A stretch of DNA of 64,000 bases. It comes from a virus (Duplodnaviria > Caudoviricetes). The DNA is taken from positions 1 to 64,000 of the IMG/VR virus record IMGVR_UViG_3300031912_000871, one strand, 5' to 3'. The notes beneath the pieces are model-generated. The model saw nothing but the letters and a program-made list of their open reading frames with translations. It had not been told where the DNA came from and did no database searches. Positions 45,628 through 54,597 of this stretch are shown here, in pieces (within the stretch, counting starts at the first letter, position 1; each line of letters opens with the position of its first letter). Made by a program: the position numbers and the translations under genes.

Positions 45628-46533
45628 CTACAGCCCGCCGTACGTCTTTTGCCAGGCGAATTGCATCTGAGCGGTGCCGCTAACGTCCTGGCCCCGCATC
45701 ACCACCTCGTACGTGCCGGGTGGCACGGCAGCGTCGGCCAGACGCACGCCAGTCCGGGTGAGCGCACCACCGAACGACGCGCCGTCGCCGCGCAGCACGC
45801 TGCGCCGCCACGGCCGGGTGTCGATCGTCAGGTGCTGGCCGGCCAGGATCGTTACGTTCAGGGCCATCGTCCACAAGCCCGTGACCTGCACGACCGGGTT
45901 GGTCAGCGGCGCCGACACGGCCCGCAGCGTAATGACCGGCCACGCCGGCAACTCGCCGCCCACCACGATGCCGCCCGGCGCGGCGCCCGTCGGCACGGTC
46001 GTCAGCGGGGTTATCAGCGGCGACACCAAGCCCCCGGACGGCGGCGGCACCAGCGACACCGTTTCCTGCTCGAGCACCGGGTCGTACCAGCAGTCGTCCA
46101 CGGCGGCGAAGTCACACACCACGGGAATCACGCCCTGCCGTGGCTGCTTCGCGGCGGGCGCGAAGCGGCGGGGCCGCCCGTACGCCACCCGGGGCCGCCC
46201 GGCGATCACCGTGGACAGCTCGGCGACCATGCCCGGCACGGAGCGCACCGCGTCGGCCCGCCACGCCAACGCCAGATCCGTCTGCCGCTGCCGGACCGCC
46301 AGCTCGCTGTCGCCCAGCACGAGCAACTCGAAGGTGATCGTCTGCCCGCCCCGGAAGTCCTGGCCGAAGAGCCGGCCGTCGCCGCGCGGTCTGGGCGCGT
46401 CGTCGGTGAGCAGTTCCACCGCCCCGATCTGCGGTTCCGTGGCGAGCATGATCCCGGAGGCGTACGGCCCCCACGTCAGCGACCGGCCCGGGTAGGTCAG
46501 GGTCCACTCGTCAGGTGCCTGCAACGACTCCAC
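45628..46533 (-). CDS. Distal tail (Dit-like) protein
   Basis: Directly after the TMP; GGELPAWPVITL...LTIDTRPW. Confidence 0.75.
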   Translation of the reverse strand: MESLQAPDEWTLTYPGRSLTWGPYASGIMLATEPQIGAVELLTDDAPRPRGDGRLFGQDFRGGQTITFELLVLGDSELAVRQRQTDLALAWRADAVRSVPGMVAELSTVIAGRPRVAYGRPRRFAPAAKQPRQGVIPVVCDFAAVDDCWYDPVLEQETVSLVPPPSGGLVSPLITPLTTVPTGAAPGGIVVGGELPAWPVITLRAVSAPLTNPVVQVTGLWTMALNVTILAGQHLTIDTRPWRRSVLRGDGASFGGALTRTGVRLADAAVPPGTYEVVMRGQDVSGTAQMQFAWQKTYGGL

Positions 46534-49500
46534 CTCTCCGGATCACCCGCAGCCGGAACATCAGCTCCTCCAGCTGGTCGTTGAAGCTGCCCTCACTGCC
46601 CTGGAACGTGACCTGCCCGATCAGCGGCGACGGGCCCGCCGCACCGTCGCCGGCCGGGACGCCGGCCATCGGCGTGACCGGGTTGCCCGCGCTCGCCCCG
46701 TCGGTGACGGCCGCGGCGAGCCGCTCGGCTGCCTTCACCGCGGTGGGGGCGTTCTTGTCGAGGCCCACCGTGTAGCCAGCCACCAGCTGACGGGCGATCG
46801 CCATGAACACCCGGCTCGGGCTCTTGATGCCGAGGGCGTCTTTCGCGCCGCGGATGCCGGAGTTGATCACGCCCTTGATCGCGCCGACGGCCGCGCCGGC
46901 CATCGACTTCACACCGTCGATCAGGCCCCGGATCAGGTCCTTCCCGGCGCCGACCAGCATGGATCCGAGGTCGCCGAGCTTGCCCGGGATGCCCTTGACG
47001 GTGGAGACGGTGTTCGACACCCCGTTGGACACGGCGCTCTTCACGGCCGACCACATCGCCGAGAACGCGCCAGTCACCCGCGACTTCGCGTCCGACGCCG
47101 CGGCCGACAGCCGGCCCGGCAGTTGCAGCGCGAACGTGACCACCGCGGCGACCCCGGCGGAGAACAGCGCCCGTGCGCGCGCCCACAGATCGGTGACGAT
47201 CGCGGCTACCCGGCCCGGCAGCAGCTGGAACCAGGTGATCACGGCGGACACCGCGTTGCCGACGAGCACGCCCAGCGCGGTCGCGGCAGCCATCACCCGG
47301 CCCGGCAGGTCGATGAAGAACTTGATGATCGACCCGATGCCGAAGCCCACCCAGTAGGCCGCCTGGGTGAGCAGGAACATGAAGAACGAGGCGAGCTGGC
47401 CGGGCAGGGCGGACAGGAACGCCATGATCTGGCCCGGCAGCGCCGCGAACCACGAGCCGATGCCGGAGATCCAGCCGGGCAGTGTGACGGTGAAGAACTG
47501 GCCGATGGACGATCCGGCGCCCCGTACCGCCTGCCACGCCTGGGAGAGGAAGCCGCCCACGGCGAGCGCGGCCCCGAGGAGCACCTTCCCGAACGCCTGG
47601 GTGGCGTTCAGCGCGGTGGTGAGCCAGCCGGCCAGCATCGAGATCGGCTTGGAGAGCCCGAACAGCCAGACGGCGAGCTTGACCGCGATCAAGCCCATCT
47701 GCACCAGGTACGGCACGAGGGGGATCGCGGCGACGAGCAGCTGCGTCATCGCCAGGGCTAGTTGGAGGCCGGCTTCCACCAGTTCGGGAAGCTGCGGGGC
47801 GAGCGCCAGCAGCGCCTCCAGCAGCGCCCCGGACAGCGCCTTGGCGATCTTGATGACGGCGGGCACCAGCTGCCCGGTGAGCAGCGCCTGAAGCTCCGGC
47901 AGGTGCTCCAGCAGTTGGGAGGCGATGACCTGGGCGAGCTGCACGATCACCGGGACCAGCGGCATGAACGCCTTGGCGATCGCCAGCCCGGCGGTCGTGG
48001 CCGGGCCCAGGCCGCCGGAGACGAGCTGCTGAAGGACCGGCAGGAGGGTCGTGGCGAGCTGGACGCCCATCCGTGCCCAGACGCCGAGTAGCGGCCCGGC
48101 CTGGCGGGCCACGACGGACAGGACGCCGGCGGCGATCGTGAGGACGTTGGCCAGCTGCGCGCCGATCAGTGGCAGCAGCGGCGCGACGGCCTTGGCTACG
48201 TCCGACAGTGCCCGGCCGACCGGCGCGGCGGCTGGCGCGAGCAGCCGCAGACCGTCGGCGAGGGCGTTGACCAGCACGGTCAGCCCTGGCGACACCGCGA
48301 CCGCCAAATCACCGACGATCTTGGCGAGGGGACCGAGCCCGCCGACCACGGCGGTGAGAACCGGCGCCAAGGCGGATCCGACCTGCGACAGGGCGGTGAA
48401 CACGGCGATCAGGGCCTGCTGGCCCTCCGCGCTGTTGGCGGCCTTGTTCAGGGTGTCGAGGGCCTGCTTGACGAGCGTGAACGCGCCGCCGCCGGTGGCC
48501 TCGTTCGCGGCGGCGAACACCCCGCGCAGGATCCCGATGACGTCCCGGCCCATCTGGGCCAGGTCGCCGAGCATCGACAGTCCGTCGGAGATCCACTGGT
48601 GCAGCCGGCCGTCCGACGCCGCCGCGCTGATCTTGTCGGCGAACGTGGTCGCCCACTCAGCCAGCCCCGACGTGAGACCGGGCAGGAACGCGCTGCCGAC
48701 CTGGCCGATCTGAAGCAGCGCCTGACCGATCGGGCCGAGCGCACCGAACAGGTCCCACGCCGCCTGCCCAGTGTTGGCGAGCAGGCCCGCCAGAGCCGAC
48801 GACGACGCGGCGTTGTCCAGCCAGGTGAGCGACTGACGGAGCCCACCGTTGATGTTCGTGGCGATGTCGCCGAGGCCGGTCTTCAGGGACGGCAGGTACC
48901 GGTCGGCCAGATCCCGCACCGCGCCGTTGAGGCCGCGGAAGAACTTCTCCTGCACGTCGAGGCGCAGGCCGTTGAGAGCTGGCGCCATCCGGGCCAGCTC
49001 CTGCACGAACGAGCGGGCGTTCGGCGACAGCTTCGCCAGCGCCTCGTTCAGTTTCTCCTGCTCAGCGGCGGTCAGCTTCCCGCCGGCAGCGAGCTTGGAG
49101 TAGGCGGAGAACGTCTCCGAGATGGCGTCGTTGACGCCCGACAAGGCCAGCTTGAAGGTGGCGAGGATGCCGACGCTCGCGCCGATGATGGCGGGCAGCA
49201 GGCCCGCCGACTGCGCGGCGGTCGCCGCCGCAGCGGCGAACCCGAGAAGGTTCGTGGCGGCCGACGCCGCCCCGGCCGCCACCACGGCCAGACCGACGCC
49301 CTTGGCGATCGTCACCCCGAACGACAGCGCGCTGGCTGCGGCCTTCTTCAGCCCGGCCTGGAAGCCTCGGGTGTCGACGTTGAGCTGGACCCGCTGGTGC
49401 TTCAGCCCTTCGATCGCGCGGCGGGCCGGCTTCGTGTCGGCGTCGACCCGCACCTTCGCGGCGGCCTTGTCGCCGGCTTCCTTGACCGCCCGGCGCAGCT

Positions 49501-49819
49501 CGGTGGCCGGGATCCGCACGCCGATCTTCGCGAGGGCCTTGGCCTTCTCGGCGGCCTCCTTGACCGCGCGCCGGAAGTCCGCGACGGGGATCCGCACGCC
49601 GATCTTCGCGGTGACCTTGCTCTTCTCGGCGGCCTCCTTGACCGCCGTCCGCAGCTCGGTCCGCAGACCGGTCGTCTTGACCTTGACCTGCACCTTCGCC
49701 GTGACCTTCGCCGCCGCGGCGTTGACACGGCGGCGAAGGTCCGTCACGAACCCGCGTAGGTCCGCTACGACCGAGAGGTCGAGCTGGCCGGCGTCCTCAC
49801 CGCGCCCCGGCTGCGTCAC
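46511..49819 (-). CDS. Tape measure protein
   Basis: 1102 aa, Ala/Leu-rich helical; LGIKSPSRVF near the C-terminus. Confidence 0.9.
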   Translation of the reverse strand: MTQPGRGEDAGQLDLSVVADLRGFVTDLRRRVNAAAAKVTAKVQVKVKTTGLRTELRTAVKEAAEKSKVTAKIGVRIPVADFRRAVKEAAEKAKALAKIGVRIPATELRRAVKEAGDKAAAKVRVDADTKPARRAIEGLKHQRVQLNVDTRGFQAGLKKAAASALSFGVTIAKGVGLAVVAAGAASAATNLLGFAAAAATAAQSAGLLPAIIGASVGILATFKLALSGVNDAISETFSAYSKLAAGGKLTAAEQEKLNEALAKLSPNARSFVQELARMAPALNGLRLDVQEKFFRGLNGAVRDLADRYLPSLKTGLGDIATNINGGLRQSLTWLDNAASSSALAGLLANTGQAAWDLFGALGPIGQALLQIGQVGSAFLPGLTSGLAEWATTFADKISAAASDGRLHQWISDGLSMLGDLAQMGRDVIGILRGVFAAANEATGGGAFTLVKQALDTLNKAANSAEGQQALIAVFTALSQVGSALAPVLTAVVGGLGPLAKIVGDLAVAVSPGLTVLVNALADGLRLLAPAAAPVGRALSDVAKAVAPLLPLIGAQLANVLTIAAGVLSVVARQAGPLLGVWARMGVQLATTLLPVLQQLVSGGLGPATTAGLAIAKAFMPLVPVIVQLAQVIASQLLEHLPELQALLTGQLVPAVIKIAKALSGALLEALLALAPQLPELVEAGLQLALAMTQLLVAAIPLVPYLVQMGLIAVKLAVWLFGLSKPISMLAGWLTTALNATQAFGKVLLGAALAVGGFLSQAWQAVRGAGSSIGQFFTVTLPGWISGIGSWFAALPGQIMAFLSALPGQLASFFMFLLTQAAYWVGFGIGSIIKFFIDLPGRVMAAATALGVLVGNAVSAVITWFQLLPGRVAAIVTDLWARARALFSAGVAAVVTFALQLPGRLSAAASDAKSRVTGAFSAMWSAVKSAVSNGVSNTVSTVKGIPGKLGDLGSMLVGAGKDLIRGLIDGVKSMAGAAVGAIKGVINSGIRGAKDALGIKSPSRVFMAIARQLVAGYTVGLDKNAPTAVKAAERLAAAVTDGASAGNPVTPMAGVPAGDGAAGPSPLIGQVTFQGSEGSFNDQLEELMFRLRVIRRGGVVAGT

Positions 49820-50213
49820 CGTCCCTGACCACCCTCACTCTGCCGGCAGCGGCCATTGCCTTGGCCATCTGCGCGATACCGACCGAGCCGGGGGGAGGCG
49901 TGGATTTCTTACCTGGTCGAGGGAGGCGGAGCGGTTCCTTGCGGCGGTGGTCCGACGACAGCACCGACAGCTCCTCCAGCAGCAGCGCGAGCAGCTCGTT
50001 GTGCTCGTTCCACGGCGCTTCGCCGGGCCGTCGGCGGATGGCAGCGTCCGGGGGCAGGCTGCGGATCAGCGCCCGGACGCGGCGTACGCCGATCAGCTCC
50101 GGGTGCCACGCCGGGAGCCAGATCCGCCGCGCGTCGTACCCGCGGGCTTCGAGGTCGGCTTCGAGGTCGTCCCACCGGTGTCGGCAGAGGGCGACAAGCC
50201 CAACGCTTCCCCC
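49797..50213 (-). CDS. Tail assembly chaperone, -1 frame (GT) extension
   Basis: Slippery GGGGGAA at 50207-50213 gives ...LCRHRWDDLEADL...VRRVRALIRSLPPD...WNEHNELLA, stopping at 49797. Confidence 0.75.
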   Translation of the reverse strand, partial: GGSVGLVALCRHRWDDLEADLEARGYDARRIWLPAWHPELIGVRRVRALIRSLPPDAAIRRRPGEAPWNEHNELLALLLEELSVLSSDHRRKEPLRLPRPGKKSTPPPGSVGIAQMAKAMAAAGRVRVVRDGDAAGAR

Positions 50214-50614
50214 AGGCTCACCCCGTACTCGCCGAACGCGGCGCGGCCGAGCCGGAAGTAGTCACCGAGGCCGGGCCGGCCGGCGAGCCACTGCGCCCAC
50301 TGCTCCTCGCCGAGCAGCTCGGAGAACGCCCGCCGGATGGCCCGGAGGGTGGTCGACAGCAGGGCAGGGTTGCGGGCCAGGATCGGCAGCAGCTTCATCG
50401 GGTCGAAGTCGACCCTCTCGGTGTCGCCGTCGCCGATGAGTTCGATCAGCAGGGCGAGCAGGTCGTCCAGCTCACCCTCGAACAGCGGGTCGAGCACCGA
50501 CGCCGGGAACTCCGGCGGCAGCGTCCACTCCCGCCGGTTGAGCAAGACGACGATCGGCTCCCCGGCCCCTTCGCGGGCCGGGGCGTTGACGTCGAGGTCG
50601 ATCACACGGGCCAC
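50093..50614 (-). CDS. Tail assembly chaperone (G frame)
   Basis: Between the tail tube and TMP; VARVIDLDV... Confidence 0.8.
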   Translation of the reverse strand: MARVIDLDVNAPAREGAGEPIVVLLNRREWTLPPEFPASVLDPLFEGELDDLLALLIELIGDGDTERVDFDPMKLLPILARNPALLSTTLRAIRRAFSELLGEEQWAQWLAGRPGLGDYFRLGRAAFGEYGVSLGEALGLSPSADTGGTTSKPTSKPAGTTRGGSGSRRGTRS

Positions 50615-50652
50615 AGGGGGGCCGCCTCTCTCGGTAGGGAAGGGATCGCAGG

Positions 50653-51222
50653 TCAGGGGGTGGGCTCCGGGTCGAACGCCGCGTCGTTGGTGACCATGTA
50701 CCAGGCGTCCGTGGAGTCCCCGCCCAAGATCGACAGGCGGAGCGGCAGTTTCGCCTCGGGGTTCTTGTTGAGCTCCAGCTCCACCTCGGACTCGTTGAAC
50801 ACCCGGGCGGCGATGAACCGGTACTTCTTGGCCCCGTCGATCACGTCGAGGATCGCGGCCAACTCGTCCCGGTTGCCGAAGCTCGGCGGCACGAACTTGT
50901 ACAGGTTCGGGGTGCCGCTGATGGCGGTGATGTTGCCGCCGCCGTACACGGCCTTGAAGTTCGCGCCGTTCCATTGGAGCAGGTCGACGTCCATGCCGGC
51001 CGCGTCCGAGGTCTGGAGGATCTTCACCGGGTAGTTCGACTGGTGCGCGAACACCCGCTCGAATTCCGGCGACACCCGGAACCGGCACGACTCCGGGTTG
51101 GTCAGGCCGACGTTGAAGAACCCGCTCCCGGGCGCGGACAGGTCCGCCGGCAGAGTGGAGCCGACCACACCGAGGTAGAGGGCGATGGTCTTGGCCTGGA
51201 CAAGCTGGTTGGGCTGCGTCAT
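50653..51222 (-). CDS. Major tail (tube) protein
   Basis: FFNVGLT..ES...FERVFAHQSNYPV...LLQWN; late promoter. Confidence 0.85.
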   Translation of the reverse strand: MTQPNQLVQAKTIALYLGVVGSTLPADLSAPGSGFFNVGLTNPESCRFRVSPEFERVFAHQSNYPVKILQTSDAAGMDVDLLQWNGANFKAVYGGGNITAISGTPNLYKFVPPSFGNRDELAAILDVIDGAKKYRFIAARVFNESEVELELNKNPEAKLPLRLSILGGDSTDAWYMVTNDAAFDPEPTP

Positions 51223-51259
51223 CTCACGCCTCGCGGTGCTGGTCGATCAGGACGACCGC

Positions 51260-51289
51260 ACGCTAGGGCCGGGCGACAGTTAACGTCCC
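51260..51289 (-). promoter_or_regulatory. Late-type promoter (tail tube)
   Basis: GGGACGTTAAC-N13-TAGCGT. Confidence 0.75.
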
Positions 51290-51296
51290 AGGCCGG

Positions 51297-51737
51297 TCAG
51301 CCGTTGTCCGGGTGAGCGACGATCCGGACGGTATGCGCCCAGCACAGCTGCCCCGTCGCCGGGTCCGGCTGGAGGCGCCCGGAACCCACCGTGTACGCGT
51401 CCGTGACCACCGGCCGGCCCGGCACGTGCGGGCGGCCCGCCGCCCGCACCAGGTGGTGCACCGCCAGGTACAGCAGCCGGCGCAGCGCCGCCGAACCGGG
51501 CCGCCCGTCGGGGCCCGCCCAGGCCAGCAACACGACCTCGCCAGTCACCGACCACACCAGCCGGCCGTCCTCACCGCCAGGGGAGGGCCGGACCTGAAGA
51601 TGCGGATACGGGCCCTCGTTCAGCCCGGACACATGTTCGGCGCCGCCGGAGCCGTACTCGGCGAGCATCTCGGTGGCCGAGGTCAGCTCGGCGAGCGCGA
51701 TGGCCACCGGGTCGACGTCGACCACCGGCTCGATCAC
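51297..51737 (-). CDS. Tail terminator-like protein
   Basis: Synteny; PYPHLQV motif. Confidence 0.65.
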   Translation of the reverse strand: MIEPVVDVDPVAIALAELTSATEMLAEYGSGGAEHVSGLNEGPYPHLQVRPSPGGEDGRLVWSVTGEVVLLAWAGPDGRPGSAALRRLLYLAVHHLVRAAGRPHVPGRPVVTDAYTVGSGRLQPDPATGQLCWAHTVRIVAHPDNG

Positions 51738-51952
51738 GGCCGCGTGTCGCTGTCCGGCTCTTCCAGGCGGGCGTACCCCGCCCAGACCCACGACTGCGCC
51801 ACGTCGACCGGCACGGTCAGCTTGTCGCCCGGCTTGTAGCTCTTGCCGTCGTAGTCGTGGAAGTGCGACAGGACCACCTTGACGCCCGTCTCGGCGGCCT
51901 GCTGCGTCTCGGTCGGGGTCTCCTCGGCGGGTGCCGGGTTACTGCGTGCCAT
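51734..51952 (-). CDS. Small virion-associated protein
   Basis: DGKSYKPGDKLTVP...GYARL. Confidence 0.65.
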   Translation of the reverse strand: MARSNPAPAEETPTETQQAAETGVKVVLSHFHDYDGKSYKPGDKLTVPVDVAQSWVWAGYARLEEPDSDTRP

Positions 51953-52021
51953 CGCTGCCTCCAGGTGCTCGACGGCCCGCACGATAGGCGGCCAGAGCCG
52001 GTAGCGTCCCGGGCCGCCCGT

Positions 52022-52543
52022 CTACTTGGCGCGCAGCCGGCGAGCCACCTCGGACACAGCCCGGCCCATGAAGCGGGCCGCCTCGTCCTTGTCGGTGCCG
52101 AACTCGGACTCCACCACCCGGTGGCCGTGGCAGGTGACCGTTCCCTCCACCCGTGAGCCGGACACCCGGACCGGGTGGGCGTGGATGTTCCGGGCGATGC
52201 CATCCGGGTCCTTCACCGCCTGGCAGCGGCAGTTCTCCGTCAGCCCCGGAGTGCCCTCCCGGTCGCGGGGCTCCCGCAGCTGCTGGTGCGGGCCGGCGCC
52301 GTAGTGGTGCTGGTCGTACTCCGGGGACTGGAGCACGAACCGCAGGTTGTCGGGCTGCTCCTGGCCGTGGGCCTCCCGGTGCTCGGGCCGGACCACCGCG
52401 TCACCCTTGGACACCCACGTCTTCGTCGGCGGGGCGTTGCGCTGCGCCGCGTCGGCCAGGTCATCGGTGATGCGCTGCACGCGGGGCGCGATCAGCCGCG
52501 CGATCGCCTCCTCCAAGCCCGGACGGGGCCGGTACCGGGTCAC
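52022..52543 (-). CDS. HK97 gp10-like neck protein with an embedded MuF-type motif
   Basis: KTWVSKGDAVVRPEHREAHGQ...NCRC...VESEFGT. Confidence 0.65.
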   Translation of the reverse strand: MTRYRPRPGLEEAIARLIAPRVQRITDDLADAAQRNAPPTKTWVSKGDAVVRPEHREAHGQEQPDNLRFVLQSPEYDQHHYGAGPHQQLREPRDREGTPGLTENCRCQAVKDPDGIARNIHAHPVRVSGSRVEGTVTCHGHRVVESEFGTDKDEAARFMGRAVSEVARRLRAK

Positions 52544-52896
52544 GTCACGCTCCTCACCGGGTAGCCCCGGTCGACGTCCGGCGGGTCCTGCACCGCGGTC
52601 ACCGCCACGTAGTCCACGTCCGAGTGCCCGGCGACCTGATGGCGCAGGGGAGTGCCGGTCACCACCCACCGCCGGTCGTCGGCGACCCGGGTGATGACGT
52701 CCCCGGCCGCGACCGGCCAGAGTGCAGGGTCGAGGCGCAGCGACCAGGATCCGTCGACCTGCCGCGTCGCCGCCCCGTCGGCCGGGCCGACCGGCGTCGG
52801 CGGCGGTCCGGGCATGGGGGTGCCGTGCGCGTCGCGAGGTTGCGGGTGGACTTCCTGGAGGAGCAGGTACAAGCCGTCCGCGAGCAGCACCGCCAC
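52540..52896 (-). CDS. Head-closure/adaptor-like protein
   Basis: GGAGG SD 8 nt upstream of GTG 52896; WPVAAGDVI...WVVTG. Confidence 0.65.
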   Translation of the reverse strand: MAVLLADGLYLLLQEVHPQPRDAHGTPMPGPPPTPVGPADGAATRQVDGSWSLRLDPALWPVAAGDVITRVADDRRWVVTGTPLRHQVAGHSDVDYVAVTAVQDPPDVDRGYPVRSVT

Positions 52897-52915
52897 AGTC
52901 ACCACCTCCGCCTGC

Positions 52916-52945
52916 ATGGTGCCGGGCGAGGTGGAGTTGCGTCCT
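52916..52945 (-). promoter_or_regulatory. Late-type promoter variant
   Basis: AGGACGCAACT-N13-CACCAT. Confidence 0.6.
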
Positions 52946-53090
52946 GGAGGCGAGCCTCCAAAAGCGACTTTTTTGCCGCTACGAATGTCACCTTCTTCGC
53001 ACAGCCGTTCGATGCGAAAGGCTGATTTTTCAGGCACTTTCCGTGCTCAATGCGCCCTTCGCTCCGCATATGTCCACGTAGACGCCCTCA

Positions 53091-53468
53091 TTGGTGACCC
53101 TCTGTGTTCCGAACACTACGCGCACAAGGTTGCGGAGGATGACCATGCGCGGCATAGGGTGTACCCCGATCCACAGCGGCGGACCTCTGGTCTGCGTCAC
53201 GGTCTACGCTATGGGTCGCACCACGCTGATCCGTCTCGCCTTGCTGTCCCCCGGGGGGCAAGGACGCTCCCGAACCACCAGGAGTGCGACGGAGAGGACT
53301 GTGGTGGGAACACCCAACCGCCGGCGATGCTGCCGGCACTGCAAAACAGCTCGGCGGAAGGCCACCGATCGGTGGCGGAACGCCGAGCGAGCGGCGAACC
53401 TCCTCGCGAGGATCGCCGTGATCGTCGAAGCGGCGCACCAGGTCGCTCGCGACGCCGGGCTGATGTGA
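53091..53468 (+). CDS. Uncertain ORF opposite to the structural genes, with a CxxC motif
   Basis: Only the C-terminal half (RRCCRHCK...AANLLARIAVIVEAAHQ) has coding-like GC3. Confidence 0.35.
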   Translation: MVTLCVPNTTRTRLRRMTMRGIGCTPIHSGGPLVCVTVYAMGRTTLIRLALLSPGGQGRSRTTRSATERTVVGTPNRRRCCRHCKTARRKATDRWRNAERAANLLARIAVIVEAAHQVARDAGLM

Positions 53469-53469
53469 C

Positions 53470-53947
53470 CGGTCACGGTCATCGACGCCCGAAACGGGTG
53501 TGACCCCACCTAAACGGCAGGGTCACGATTCCGTGCGGTTAGGGCAAGCGGATCCCCGCTGGGTGGCCGCCCAGTGGAACAAGGGTCCGCTTGTTCCTAT
53601 TTACGGGCCATGTTACGGCCCGGTATCGCCCTCGCAGGTTACTCCAGAGTTCTGGATGAGCCTGACAGGAGCGAAGTGTGGCACAGCGTTCGTTGTGGCG
53701 AAAGCCCCGGGGGCGGCGCAAGTTGCCCCGGTCAAGATTCTCACAGCGCCGAGGTGAGCAGCTTGCTGAGCAGGAGAAACGGCCTTCACCTGCGCAAAGG
53801 CGTGTCCTAGGACGGACTAAACGGCACGCGGTGTGTCACACGCCCGAGGCGCCTACCCGCCGGTAGTTTGTTGGGCGGTGAGCCCGGCCTGGAACGTCCG
53901 GACCCACCACCAACACCCCACTAGGGGAAACGACCCCCCCGGATCGT
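53470..53947 (-). ncRNA. Candidate large structured phage ncRNA (about 480 nt)
   Basis: Dedicated late-type promoter at 53954-53983, no credible ORF, more than 10 consecutive helices; G-U pairs in four stems favour the minus strand. Confidence 0.6.
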
Positions 53948-53953
53948 GAGCGC

Positions 53954-53983
53954 ACAGTATCGACCGTCCTGACGTAGCGTCCC
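53954..53983 (-). promoter_or_regulatory. Late-type promoter driving the candidate ncRNA
   Basis: GGGACGCTACG-N13-TACTGT. Confidence 0.7.
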
Positions 53984-54000
53984 TCGCCAAGATCACAGCG

Positions 54001-54594
54001 CTACAGCCAGGGCAAACCATCACCGGGAATGGTCTCGGCGCGATCCGACCGCTGCCACGCCAGCCCATCGGCGGACCGCCAGAAGTCGAGCGACGTCAGC
54101 GGCGGCACGCCCGCCGTCGGCGCCGCACTAGCCCCCGGGATCGGCTCGTACGACACGGACTGTCCCTCGGCGCTGACCGACCTCACCTCGCGCCCGGCGG
54201 ACCCGGAGAGCCGACGTACCGCTGGGTGAACCTGCGCCGCCGCTGTCACCCACTCCCGGATCGCCGCGTACTGCGGCTCCCGGCCGTCGAGGCCCGTCTC
54301 GTACACGACGGTGAAAAACCCGGTCTCCCACCCGGTCGGGTCGGTCTCCGGCGTCACCGACACGATCCGGGCGGGCGGGTGCTCCAGCGGCCATCCGGAG
54401 TCGAGCGGCCGGACCCCGCGCTGCGTGAGCTGCACCGGCACCACCATGCGCCGCAGGTAGCCCTCGGCCGCCGCGGTGGCGGCCCGGATCGCCGCTTCCA
54501 CCGCGAACTGCACCTGTTCCTCGGTGGGGTCGAGCCCGGCCAGCCGGGCCACCTGGTCGACGGGCACGATCAGCGGGGGAAGCGGCGCCGTCAC
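54001..54594 (-). CDS. Head-tail connector (gp6-like)
   Basis: AIRAATAAAEGYL...VRSVSAEGQSVSY. Confidence 0.75.
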   Translation of the reverse strand: MTAPLPPLIVPVDQVARLAGLDPTEEQVQFAVEAAIRAATAAAEGYLRRMVVPVQLTQRGVRPLDSGWPLEHPPARIVSVTPETDPTGWETGFFTVVYETGLDGREPQYAAIREWVTAAAQVHPAVRRLSGSAGREVRSVSAEGQSVSYEPIPGASAAPTAGVPPLTSLDFWRSADGLAWQRSDRAETIPGDGLPWL

Positions 54595-54597
54595 CGA

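Noticed and set aside
45660-45689. Twelfth late-promoter copy (AGGACGTTAGC) inside the Dit gene
   Set aside because: The hexamer at the 13-nt spacing (TGCAAT) lacks the conserved A at position 2; left uncalled.
53470-53950. Group I intron, hammerhead ribozyme or tRNA
   Set aside because: GACUAAAC/UAGUU on the plus strand resembles P7, but the other core elements are missing, no gene is interrupted, and the promoter and G-U pairs point to the minus strand. No CUGAUGA core or cloverleaf was seen.
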